Positions 40,958-50,255 of a DNA stretch of 64,000 nucleotides are shown one piece after another. The notes below the pieces were generated by a model. That model did no database searches. It worked only from the letters and a program-made list of their open reading frames with translations, and was not told where the DNA came from. This stretch comes from an uncultured candidate division Zixibacteria bacterium (lineage in GTDB: Bacteria > Zixibacteria > MSB-5A5 > RBG-16-43-9). The stretch spans positions 896,001 through 960,000 of the forward strand of contig OY970208.1 of NCBI GenBank assembly GCA_963713865.1. The letters are read 5' to 3'. The first letter of the stretch is position 1. Each line of letters starts with the position of its first letter. A program made the translations under genes and the position numbers.

Positions 40958-41926
40958 TCAGCCAAGCAGATTTGGAGCAGTCTGGTCAAGATGAGCAGAA
41001 GCTTTCCTTTTCTGGTCAAAATCCCTGTAAGCTCTTTTTACCTGTTCCTCTGAAAGGTTTAAAGCCTGGCTTACCTTATCCAGGAGGATTTTGTTCTCCT
41101 GGGCATACAAGAGCAGGTCTAAAAGGTCATACGGGATGCAGAAATAAAATTCCTGATCACTTACCACTGCAGAGAAAGTATCCGGGCTGGGTTCTCTCCT
41201 GATTATTTCCTCAGGGATATCCAAAAATTCAGCCAGTTGATAAACCTGAGTCTTATAAAGATGAGCTATCGGCTCTAAATCTACCCCTCCATCCCCGAAT
41301 TTCACATAAAATCCTTGAGCATATTCGCTATAGTTAGTCGTGCCGATAACTAAATAGTTATTTTTCTCTGCATAGTAGTAGAGCTGAGTCATCCTCGTCC
41401 GCTGTTTCATATCCGTAGCTGCAATAATTCCTAAAAGCTGGTCTTTGGATAGCCGGAATCTTTTTTCATCCCCTTTGGGATCTATTATTTTCAAGCTGAA
41501 ATAGTTAAGCCGGTCCCTTTCCAAGAGGTCCTGAGGAAGCCCGATCTTGATCTTATAGTTGCTGTCATATTCCGGGAAAATCTTTTTTATTATCTCGTCC
41601 CTTCTTCCATAAGCTCCCAGATTCTCTAAGGCTGAAGATATATCAACTTTTTCACTTTTTATGCCAAGTTTTTTGACTAAAATCTCTCCGTAGGTAAGGC
41701 TTATCGGGTTCGACTCTTTCTCCGGCAAAAAGACTCCAAAGACCTTGTCCTTACCTAAAGCTCTAACTGTTAAAGCCGCTGTCAAAGCTGAGTCAATCCC
41801 GCCACTTATCCCGACCACCCCCCCCTCTCTTCTGAAATGTAAAAAGACCTGCTCTTTTATAAATTCGCAAATCCTGTTGCATTCCTTTTCAGGGTCTATG
41901 TCCAGTATATTTTTATGAAACTCCAT
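40958..41926 (-). CDS. NH3-dependent NAD+ synthetase-like (NadE family) enzyme inside the EPS locus
   Basis: GISGGIDS, KQRTRM, GTTN.SE, KFGDG, LYKTQV, PSPD. Confidence 0.85.
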   Translation of the reverse strand: MEFHKNILDIDPEKECNRICEFIKEQVFLHFRREGGVVGISGGIDSALTAALTVRALGKDKVFGVFLPEKESNPISLTYGEILVKKLGIKSEKVDISSALENLGAYGRRDEIIKKIFPEYDSNYKIKIGLPQDLLERDRLNYFSLKIIDPKGDEKRFRLSKDQLLGIIAATDMKQRTRMTQLYYYAEKNNYLVIGTTNYSEYAQGFYVKFGDGGVDLEPIAHLYKTQVYQLAEFLDIPEEIIRREPSPDTFSAVVSDQEFYFCIPYDLLDLLLYAQENKILLDKVSQALNLSEEQVKRAYRDFDQKRKASAHLDQTAPNLLG

Positions 41927-41935
41927 TTCCCTCCT

Positions 41936-43477
41936 TTATTTCAAACCAATTTTTCTGATTTTCCCTGATTCAGTCTTAGGCAAGGTCTCAACTATTTCCA
42001 CATATTTGGGAACCATAAAGTCCTCTAAATTCTTTGAACAATACCTCAAAATATCTTTTTCTGAAAGGTTCACCCCTTCTTTTAAGACCACAAATGCCTT
42101 AATGGCCTGCCCTAAGATCTCATCTGGTACTCCTACCACTTTAGTCTCTAATACACCTCCTAGGTTATATAAAACGTTCTCTATCTCTTTAGGGCTAACC
42201 TTCTCACCCCGGCATTTGATTATATCATCCTTTCTCCCTACAAAATACAAGAAACCTTCCTCATCCATCTTAAATAAATCTCCGGTATATAAAATCCTTT
42301 CCCAGGGCAATGAACCTATCTTTAAAACCCTAGCAGTCTCCTCCGGGAGTTCCCAGTAACCAAGCATTACATTAGAGCCCCTTACTATCAATTCTCCTAC
42401 TTCTCCCGGACCAATTCTTTCTCCATCCTCATTCACTATGTAAACTTCTTCATTTGGCATTCCTTTGCCTATGGAGGTAGGTCTTCTATCAAGCTCCTCT
42501 GGAGGAAGGTAAGATACCCTTTTGCATTCGGTTAAACCATACATTGAATAAAGTCTGGCATTAGGGAAAGTCTCCCGTATTTTTTTTATGAAAGAGACCG
42601 GTAAAGCTGCAGCAGTGTTGGTGATATATTTTAAGGAATCGAAATTCTGCTTTTTCAAATCCTCTAATTGCAGAAGTATGGCGAAGATAGTTGGAACACC
42701 TGGGAATCCGGTTACCTTCTCCTTTAACATAAGATCGATTATCACATAAGGGTATAAAAAGCTTTTCTCTAAGATTACCCTTCCTCCGATTTTGAACCCC
42801 ATCAGAACCTGATAGAGCCCGTAATCGAAAGATAAGGGCAAAACGTCAAGGATTATATCATCGCTGGTATTTTCTAAATACTGGGTGATAGAGTTTGCTG
42901 CAGAGACCATATTCAGATGGGAAAGCATCACCCCTTTGGGGTTCCCGGTTGTGCCTGAGGTGTAGATGATACTGGCTAAATCTATGTCGATATTTCTATT
43001 TACAGGAGGATTATCCGGATAGGAGCTTACGAGTTCTTTAAAATTAAAGACTTTTTTATCATCAAAAACCCTTTCTTCAGTTTTAAGCTCCCCAGCCAGA
43101 GCTACAAATTTAACCCAGGGAGTTTTTTGTAAAACTTCTTTGATCAGCTCCCATTTATCAGAGCTGGTGATCAGGGCTTTAACCCGACAGTTGTTCAAGA
43201 TATAAATTAGTTTATCCTTTTTAGTGGTGGAGTTTATAACCACAAAAACTACATCGGCTTTCAAGACCCCGAAGATGGATATAACTGATTCAACTGAGTT
43301 CTCTGAGAAAATTGCGATCCGCTCACCTCTTTCCAATCCCATATCTTTTAATCCCTGAGCTAATCTATTAGCGGATTTATCAATTTCCTGATAAGTCAAC
43401 CTTCCTTTTTGAAAGACCAAGGCAACTTTATCTGGAAATTTTTCTGCACTATTTTCTAAGAAATGGTTTAAGAGCAT
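41936..43477 (-). CDS. AMP-dependent acyl/aminoacyl ligase (adenylate-forming)
   Basis: YTSGTTGNPKG, MYGLTEC, TGD, GRKDD, LPKTESGKI. Confidence 0.92.
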   Translation of the reverse strand: MLLNHFLENSAEKFPDKVALVFQKGRLTYQEIDKSANRLAQGLKDMGLERGERIAIFSENSVESVISIFGVLKADVVFVVINSTTKKDKLIYILNNCRVKALITSSDKWELIKEVLQKTPWVKFVALAGELKTEERVFDDKKVFNFKELVSSYPDNPPVNRNIDIDLASIIYTSGTTGNPKGVMLSHLNMVSAANSITQYLENTSDDIILDVLPLSFDYGLYQVLMGFKIGGRVILEKSFLYPYVIIDLMLKEKVTGFPGVPTIFAILLQLEDLKKQNFDSLKYITNTAAALPVSFIKKIRETFPNARLYSMYGLTECKRVSYLPPEELDRRPTSIGKGMPNEEVYIVNEDGERIGPGEVGELIVRGSNVMLGYWELPEETARVLKIGSLPWERILYTGDLFKMDEEGFLYFVGRKDDIIKCRGEKVSPKEIENVLYNLGGVLETKVVGVPDEILGQAIKAFVVLKEGVNLSEKDILRYCSKNLEDFMVPKYVEIVETLPKTESGKIRKIGLK

Positions 43478-43498
43478 AAGGATAGTCTTTTTAAAATC

Positions 43499-43753
43499 TT
43501 AACTTATAGACCCGTTTTTTCTTTTTATATAGGCCACTAAGTTCTTAAGGGAATCCAAGTTCTCCGGGATAAGCTCCTCATCTTCCACCTTAATCTTATA
43601 GGTTTCCTCGATAAAATTGACCAGCTCTAAGACCCCGGTTGAATCTATTATCCCTCCCTTAAGAAAGGACTCATCCTCTTTTATGACTTTCTTTTTATCC
43701 CCTAAAAGGAAATTGTCCTGAATGAAACTTTTTACCTTCTCTTCTATTAACAT
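43499..43753 (-). CDS. Acyl carrier protein
   Basis: 84 aa, acidic, GIIDSTG phosphopantetheine site. Confidence 0.9.
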   Translation of the reverse strand: MLIEEKVKSFIQDNFLLGDKKKVIKEDESFLKGGIIDSTGVLELVNFIEETYKIKVEDEELIPENLDSLKNLVAYIKRKNGSIS

Positions 43754-43930
43754 TTGTTCTCCTTAGGTTTGACCAGTCAATATAAAAACCATTAATCTTT
43801 ATCGGAACATTTCTCACTGATTTAACTTATACGTCAGGAGATTAAATTTGTCAAGATTTTTAAATAGGTTTTTAAAAAAGGAACTGGAGTGTAAAGCCTT
43901 AGCTTCACAGTATATCACATAGATACTCTT

Positions 43931-44944
43931 TCAATAATTGCAGTACATCAAAATACCACCGGAGATTTTCGTAACCTCAGCACAATATGCCAGATTGCAG
44001 TTTTCCATTACATCCTTCTCTGTAAAAGTATAAGGATTGAAATGAAATTCTTCAAAGAATATCGCGGGACAACCTGTCTTGCAAAAATAATAGGCATCTG
44101 TGTAATTTATATGGTCATTTGTGTCCACGGGAGTGATTTTAGTATATTTTTCGCAAATGCTGTGAGCTAAACCAGTTACCCATTCAGAACCGGGGTAATT
44201 TTGGAAATCGAGCTTCCACATCTCTGAAGGAGGAGAATAGCTGATTTGATTATTATCGATCATCAGCTTTATCGTTTGATTAGATTTAGAAATTTGATTA
44301 ACGTAATGTTCGCTTCCACTTTTCCCCTCTACAAAAAGGGTCATAAATTCCTCAGCTCCGAAAGCTACGAATTTAATTGAGGATTTTGGCTTAAAATCTT
44401 TTTTCTTCATAACCCTAGCTATCTCCAGACAGGCGGCAACCCCTGAGGCATTATTATTGGCACCAGGAGAGAACTTGAACGGATCTGTCTCTGGACCCAT
44501 TATAAAACAATCATAGTGAGCTCCAAGTATATAAATATCATCAGGATTTTTAATCCCTTTTAAAGTCGCGATCACATTATACTGCCAGGTGGCGTGAAGA
44601 TTTTTTGATCCTGGAGGGAACTCAATTGTATTTTGAAAAGAGTCAATCACCACATCTGTATATCCTAAGGATTCAAATCTGTCCTTGATCCAAACCGCTA
44701 TATCCCTGCGATTATCCGCCAGCATGAACCTGGTCTTAAAATTTACCAATCCCTGGATGAGATATTTAATGCTATCTGGATTAATCTCCTTAAGATAATC
44801 TGCGATCAGGCTGTCAATGCCGGGCTCATCCGCAAAGCGCCTGTCAATATCATCAGCACGGGGAGATACCTTTTTCTCTGAATGAACAAGTATTGCCAAG
44901 ACTGTTATTAAGCTTAAAAATAAAATTGTGAATTTTCCTTTCAT
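43931..44944 (-). CDS. Secreted M28-family metallopeptidase
   Basis: GAHYD, PGANNNASG, FGAEE. Start MKGKF follows a GAGGAG SD. Some metal-ligand positions look divergent. Confidence 0.8.
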   Translation of the reverse strand: MKGKFTILFLSLITVLAILVHSEKKVSPRADDIDRRFADEPGIDSLIADYLKEINPDSIKYLIQGLVNFKTRFMLADNRRDIAVWIKDRFESLGYTDVVIDSFQNTIEFPPGSKNLHATWQYNVIATLKGIKNPDDIYILGAHYDCFIMGPETDPFKFSPGANNNASGVAACLEIARVMKKKDFKPKSSIKFVAFGAEEFMTLFVEGKSGSEHYVNQISKSNQTIKLMIDNNQISYSPPSEMWKLDFQNYPGSEWVTGLAHSICEKYTKITPVDTNDHINYTDAYYFCKTGCPAIFFEEFHFNPYTFTEKDVMENCNLAYCAEVTKISGGILMYCNY

Positions 44945-44990
44945 AGTATCGTTCTCCTCTTTCTTCAAGGGATGTTATAATCACGGCTTT

Positions 44991-45097
44991 TGTAGTTGCT
45001 CGATTCATCGAGTCTGTAGCGGCCGGTCCTACGGATCCGTTTCTCGGAGTTTATCCCGGACGTTTCCTTTTTCGTCAGGCATAAAACCTGACGCTAC
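44991..45097. repeat. REP-like palindrome cluster
   Basis: TGTAGTTGCTCGATTCATCGAG (44991) and CGTCAGG..CCTGACG-CTAC (45073-45097). Confidence 0.7.
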
Positions 45098-45117
45098 GAA
45101 TTGGAATCTTGGTCTAT

Positions 45118-45903
45118 CTATTCTCCTTCCGCCGGAGTAAATTCGATCACCTTACTCCCAAATTGCGTGTAAATCGAAAAATTATAATTGTAGTGCTCTG
45201 GTTCGATAAGGTCTTCTTCTACGTAGGGGTAGAAGGGGGTTGTATGTTTAGTTTTAGGAAGAGGAAAATATACGTACCCATTAACACTTTCACCTGGAAA
45301 AATTGTATTGCGTCGTAAGATTCCAGTATTTATGCTATTCATAAACATATCGTATAGAATAGTTGTATTTACCATTGAAGTCATTGTTCTTGACTCAATA
45401 GCATCTACTTTAGTATCTCTATCATTTACGACCCATTTATCTCCTTTTGGGCTTGTTATTGTAGTTGGCTGCGCAGACATTGCTTTCAACGTTCCACCTA
45501 TTGCCTGTGCTATCAAGCTTACTGTTTTTTCATTTTTTATGTGTGCTAAGATTTTTGTTGGTGATTCAGGAGTTATGTCATCAAAGGATTTCCTATCTCC
45601 CTTAATGCTAAGAATGCTAAGTTTTACTGCTTTTAAAGGTTCTAAGAGGTACGGTGTATTGGAATTGTTTTTATAAAGCAACCATAACCTCATATAATCT
45701 GTGTCGCCTACATCAGTTGGTTCCAACAAAACTATGATGAATGAACTATCTGTGTTCACTACCCCAATAGGAAGACCATTTCTATAAAAAGACATTACCT
45801 CAGAATTCTGAGTGGGCAAATAAATTACTGGTGGTTTTGTACTGGCACAACTAGAAATTATCAAAGTTGTTAGAACTAAGATCAATAAATCTATTCGTCT
45901 CAT
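45118..45903 (-). CDS. Hypothetical lipoprotein
   Basis: Lipobox ISSC after a hydrophobic stretch, AGGAG SD, 261-aa ORF. Confidence 0.75.
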   Translation of the reverse strand: MRRIDLLILVLTTLIISSCASTKPPVIYLPTQNSEVMSFYRNGLPIGVVNTDSSFIIVLLEPTDVGDTDYMRLWLLYKNNSNTPYLLEPLKAVKLSILSIKGDRKSFDDITPESPTKILAHIKNEKTVSLIAQAIGGTLKAMSAQPTTITSPKGDKWVVNDRDTKVDAIESRTMTSMVNTTILYDMFMNSINTGILRRNTIFPGESVNGYVYFPLPKTKHTTPFYPYVEEDLIEPEHYNYNFSIYTQFGSKVIEFTPAEGE

Positions 45904-46157
45904 ATCCTATCTCCTTATTTGTTTTAAATGTATCGTAAATCCATTACAGCCTTAATAAAAGGTTGCCACGTAATGCAGAGAGGCATACAGCGAAAGTTTA
46001 ATTACATTATCAAAATCGTTTCTAAAATTAAGTTAGAAGATATTTTAAATCTGTCAAGAGAAAAGTAATTCTTTTTAAAATCAGCTCCGCTAAATTTCTC
46101 TTGACTTACCCTTTTTCTTATTACTAAATATGATCGCGTAGGATGAGGTAAAGAATA

Positions 46158-46283
46158 GAGATTCTTCGGTCATCTCGCCAAAGGCGGACTCCCTCAGAAT
46201 GACAGAAAAGGATCGAAGAATCAACTTCGGGCGGAGACCCTGTAAAGCTGGGTTTCGCAAAGCTCAACGAGCTCCGCCCCTAC
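46158..46283. repeat. REP-like elements upstream of the M50-HlyD gene
   Basis: GAGATTCTTCG..CTCAGAATGACA. GGGCGGAG..CTCCGCCC-CTAC shares the GTAAA..GGGTTTCGC...GCTCAAC core with 15426-15481. Confidence 0.7.
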
Positions 46284-46315
46284 GCGAATTACGCGGATTT
46301 TCAAACCGAGGGATT

Positions 46316-48631
46316 ATGACTGGGGAATATCCGAAGTTCAGGCAAGATTTAATCATAAGCCAGCAGGAATTTGAGGGGAAGACTTACTATGTTATCAAAG
46401 ACCCCCTCACCAGGAAATTCTTCAGACTAAAAGAGCCTGAATATTTTATCACCCGGAATTTAGACGGGGAGAAATCAAATCAAGATATAGTTGAAGAATT
46501 TGAGAAAAAATTCCAGATAAAATTAGATTTACCCACTTTAGAGAATTTCCTTTCCCAGTTAGAGAAATTGGGTTTTTTAGAGGGGGAGATTTCTCAAAGG
46601 GAACTTTCCAGGTTACAATACAGGGCAGAAAAGGAAAAAACTCTTATCAGGAAAATCCTCTTCATAAAGCTCAAAGCTTTTGATCCGGACAAATTCTTAA
46701 ATAAGCTATTGAAGAAATTCAAATTCCTTTATACCAAAGGATTTTTGTACTTCTCCCTTTTCATAATCTTTTTAGCTTTGGTGATTACCATCTCCAACTG
46801 GGGAGACTTAGGATACAGTTTCAAAGGGTTATTCCGCCTGACCACTATTGTCAAGCTCTGGTTAGCTATTTTCTTGATCGCTTTAGTACATGAGTTGGGA
46901 CATGCACTAACCTGCAAATATTTCGGGGGGGAAGTCCACGAGATGGGGTTTTTATTGATCTATTTCCAGCCCGCTTTCTTCACCAACGTCTCGGATGCCT
47001 GGATGTTCAAGGAAAAAAAGAAAAAGCTTTTGGTTTCCTGGGCAGGGATTTATATTCACCTTTTCCTCTGGGCAACTGCCACCCTTTTGTGGAGAATAAC
47101 CGATCTGGAGACCCAGCTTAGCTCTTTTCTTTTTGTGGTTATGATTGTCTCCGGGGTCTTAATCATCTTCAACTTCAATCCCCTGATAAAGTTAGATGGT
47201 TATTATCTTTTATCCGACTGGCTGGAGATACCCAATCTGCGTAAAAAAGCTTTTGGATACCTGGGATCTTTTTTTAAAAGTAAAATTATTAAGACCGGAG
47301 AGAAGACAGTTGAAGCTTCACCAAGAGAAAAAAAGATTTTTCCCTGGTACGGAACCCTGTCCATACTTTACTCTTTTCTCTTGATCTTCTATTTTTTCAT
47401 AAGAGCGGGTAACTTTTTGGTTTCCAGGTATCAGGGTTATGGATTTGCCTTGTTTTTGGTTATCCTTTATTTTATCTTTCAACAGCCGCTGAAAATTGTT
47501 CTGGCTGGTGGCTTTCATCTTTTTTTAATAAAGAAAGAAGGATTTATGAAGCCAAAAAAACTCTTCACCTATACGGGCATAGTTCTCGTTCTCCTGATCT
47601 TATTATTCGTGGTGAAGCTGGATTTGAAGATCAGCCAGGAATGTGAATTCGCTGCCCTGGAGACCTATTCCATAATCAATAGCCCCTCGACCGAGTTTTT
47701 AGAGGAACAGCTCTATCAGGAAGATAAGGAAGAAAAAAGGCAGGTTAATATCCTGAGGATGATCTCCTCCACCTACGGGATTGTGAATTTGGAACCGGTG
47801 GTAAAGGAAGGGCAGAGGGTAAAAAAGGACGAGGTTATCATCCGCCTGCTCTCCAATCAATACACCAATGAACTGGAGGAGACTGAAGCAGCTATCCGAA
47901 AGGAGAAGGCTAATTTAGAGCTTCTGATTAAAGGTGCCAGACCCGAGGAGATCGAGCAGGCAGAGGAGCAGGTTAGAAAAGCGGAAACGAAACTGCAGTC
48001 CAGCGAAAAAGAGCTTAACCGGCTGAAGGAACTTAACTCGCAGGATCTTATCTCCAAAGAGGAGTGGGAGAAGAAAGAATCCGATAACAATGTTCTGGTT
48101 TCAGAACTTAATATCGTCCGGAACAACCTGAAGATACTTAAGAAAGGTGCCAAAGAAGAAGAGATCGAGATGTCCAAGGCAGAGATCAGTGGCCTGGAGG
48201 CGAAAGCGAAATTTTTCAAAGACCAGGTATCAGCCTCGGATTTAAAAACCCCGATCTCCGGAATAGTAACCCAGGTAATGCCTGCCGGGGAAATACTAAG
48301 CATTGCTAACTACGATACGATGAGGGTATTAATCCCGGTATCTGAAAAAGATTTAGATGTCATCAAATTAGGTCAGAAGGTAAAAGCCAAGGTGAGGAGC
48401 TTCCCTTTTAAGTCCTGCTCCGGGGTTGTAACCAGGATTGCTCATCAGGGGGAAAAATATAAATCCCGCCTGATTTTTTTGGTCACCAGCAAAATAGATA
48501 ACACCCAGTCTCTTCTGAAGCCGGGGATGACCGGACAGGCAAAAATCTACTGCGGTAAAAGAAGCATTATCTCACTTATACTGCGCAGGATAATCCGCTG
48601 GCTCAGGGTCGAGGTCTGGTCCTGGTTCTAA
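46316..48631 (+). CDS. PqqD/RRE-like domain + M50 intramembrane metalloprotease + HlyD-type membrane fusion protein
   Basis: N-terminal YYVIKDP..FFRL..LDG..FLSQLEKLGFL; HELGH and NPLIKLDG; coiled coil GARPEEI..TPISGIV..LKPGMTG. Start moved to ATG 46316 because the upstream part is REP DNA. Confidence 0.85.
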   Translation: MTGEYPKFRQDLIISQQEFEGKTYYVIKDPLTRKFFRLKEPEYFITRNLDGEKSNQDIVEEFEKKFQIKLDLPTLENFLSQLEKLGFLEGEISQRELSRLQYRAEKEKTLIRKILFIKLKAFDPDKFLNKLLKKFKFLYTKGFLYFSLFIIFLALVITISNWGDLGYSFKGLFRLTTIVKLWLAIFLIALVHELGHALTCKYFGGEVHEMGFLLIYFQPAFFTNVSDAWMFKEKKKKLLVSWAGIYIHLFLWATATLLWRITDLETQLSSFLFVVMIVSGVLIIFNFNPLIKLDGYYLLSDWLEIPNLRKKAFGYLGSFFKSKIIKTGEKTVEASPREKKIFPWYGTLSILYSFLLIFYFFIRAGNFLVSRYQGYGFALFLVILYFIFQQPLKIVLAGGFHLFLIKKEGFMKPKKLFTYTGIVLVLLILLFVVKLDLKISQECEFAALETYSIINSPSTEFLEEQLYQEDKEEKRQVNILRMISSTYGIVNLEPVVKEGQRVKKDEVIIRLLSNQYTNELEETEAAIRKEKANLELLIKGARPEEIEQAEEQVRKAETKLQSSEKELNRLKELNSQDLISKEEWEKKESDNNVLVSELNIVRNNLKILKKGAKEEEIEMSKAEISGLEAKAKFFKDQVSASDLKTPISGIVTQVMPAGEILSIANYDTMRVLIPVSEKDLDVIKLGQKVKAKVRSFPFKSCSGVVTRIAHQGEKYKSRLIFLVTSKIDNTQSLLKPGMTGQAKIYCGKRSIISLILRRIIRWLRVEVWSWF

Positions 48632-48632
48632 A

Positions 48633-48659
48633 AATATTTTTCAAAAAAGTCCTTGACAA
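48633..48659 (+). repeat. 27-bp direct repeat, left copy
   Basis: AATATTTTTCAAAAAAGTCCTTGACAA, 26/27 identical to 54197-54223. Confidence 0.8.
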
Positions 48660-48682
48660 TTTTTTCAGGGGGGGGGTATAAT
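48653..48682 (+). promoter_or_regulatory. Consensus sigma70 promoter with a G9 tract in the spacer
   Basis: TTGACA 48653-48658, 18-nt spacer with G9 (48668-48676), TATAAT 48677-48682. Confidence 0.8.
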
Positions 48683-48811
48683 AACCATTGCTAGGTTTTT
48701 ATTTGGCTAATTAAAAAGAAATAATTACTTAATTTTTAGATAGAATATACTTATTTCAGACTAAATTCACCAGAGGGTTATGTCTTAATATTTTGACAGG
48801 GGAGGATAAAG

Positions 48812-49453
48812 ATGCTTAAAAATTGTTTCAAGATAGTTATAATATTAAGTATCATCCTGCTTTTTTGTTTTAATTTAGCTTCTTCCCAGCATTTTGTAAA
48901 GATGAATGACCAGCAATGGATTGAGCTGGCTGTTGATATGATCAGGAAGGGGGTTCAACAGCAGGATACTTTAAAGATCGCGATGGTTTCTGCTCCTACA
49001 GTATTGGTGAAACAAAATAGATTTGAACTTAATGGTGTTTTGACTAAAAAGTTTCAGGATATTTTTAACAACTCCTCTAAAAGGAAACTCTCCCTTCAAA
49101 AACCTTTATTCAATCAGCCAAATCCTCTTACTTATTCAAATTTCTGGGATTTTGATATAGTGAACCTGGAAACAAAAATAATAGGAGATAGTGCAGTGGT
49201 GGATTGTGAGCTGGTTTTATGGGGTGCCCCGCCTGTGACCGGAAGCAAGGAAACTGGACGAAGGGCTCAGGAAAGATTCATTTTCAAATCCCCTCCTCGG
49301 ATGCTGAGTGTGTCATCTGACAAAGATGAGGGAGGAATGTTTTCTAACAAAGGAGCAAAACCAAATCGAACCTGGCAATTGGTGAGGTTTGAAAAACTAC
49401 TGGATTTCATGAATCTAACAATCGAGAATTTTGTAGATGAGAAGCAAAAATAA
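48812..49453 (+). CDS. Secreted hypothetical protein (possibly NTF2-like fold)
   Basis: GGGAGG SD and signal peptide. The fold guess comes only from the KIIGDSAVV..F.F..WQLV pattern. Confidence 0.7.
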   Translation: MLKNCFKIVIILSIILLFCFNLASSQHFVKMNDQQWIELAVDMIRKGVQQQDTLKIAMVSAPTVLVKQNRFELNGVLTKKFQDIFNNSSKRKLSLQKPLFNQPNPLTYSNFWDFDIVNLETKIIGDSAVVDCELVLWGAPPVTGSKETGRRAQERFIFKSPPRMLSVSSDKDEGGMFSNKGAKPNRTWQLVRFEKLLDFMNLTIENFVDEKQK

Positions 49454-49472
49454 TAGAGGGGGGAGGTCAGAA

Positions 49473-50225
49473 ATGAATACAAAATTAAAGCTTTTAATAC
49501 TTATAATGTTATCTATTTTTACATTTAATGTCACTTGCTGGTTAGACTGGCCTGGTATACCGACAGAAACCCCAGAAGATACCTGTCCAAGCTGGGATAC
49601 CGATTGTGATAGTATCAGTAATGCAGTGGAAACAAATAGTGCTAATTCATATCTGGGATTAAACCCTAACTCAGTCGATGACAACCCAAGTATCGCCCAT
49701 GGTTCGCCTGGCGATGGCTGGATTGAGAAAGCACTAAACTTAGTCGACGCTGGAACAGGATATTGGCACAATAGGGGTTCTGATCCAATAGACACTGATG
49801 ACTGGGGCGTATTACATTTGATTAATATGATAGAAGGAGCTGGACGAGATTGGTATGGCAACGGTTATACTACTCCAAGGATTACAGCCAACGATTTGAG
49901 CCAAGGAAATGCCCAGACACAAGAATTTGGCGGATATTGGGAAGATCATTCTTGTCATCAAAATGGACTCGAAGTAGATATAAGATATGTGAGAAATGAT
50001 GGACAAGAAATTGGGCTGAATATTGCAGGTCCGGACTCTATTTACTATGATGTTGATGCCACAATAGATCTAATGAATTTTCTAATCGATAATGCTAATG
50101 TCACGATTATCTATGTTGACACGGTTCACGCTTGGATTGTAGTTTCTGATCCAATCGTACATTTGCCGGGCCATAGTGATCATTTCCACGTTAGAATTGA
50201 AGACCCGGATGGAACTGGTAATTAA
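49473..50225 (+). CDS. Secreted MepA-like (penicillin-insensitive, LAS-type) murein endopeptidase
   Basis: GGAGG SD and signal peptide; NDLS..GG, HSCHQNGLEVD (H-x6-D) and HSDHFHVR (HxH). Confidence 0.8.
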   Translation: MNTKLKLLILIMLSIFTFNVTCWLDWPGIPTETPEDTCPSWDTDCDSISNAVETNSANSYLGLNPNSVDDNPSIAHGSPGDGWIEKALNLVDAGTGYWHNRGSDPIDTDDWGVLHLINMIEGAGRDWYGNGYTTPRITANDLSQGNAQTQEFGGYWEDHSCHQNGLEVDIRYVRNDGQEIGLNIAGPDSIYYDVDATIDLMNFLIDNANVTIIYVDTVHAWIVVSDPIVHLPGHSDHFHVRIEDPDGTGN

Positions 50226-50255
50226 ATATCATTTACTGAAAGGAGGAAAATAAAA

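Noticed and set aside
46199-46315. N-terminal 39 aa of the ORF-track 810-aa protein
   Set aside because: Translated REP elements. ATG 46316 starts the recognisable domain.
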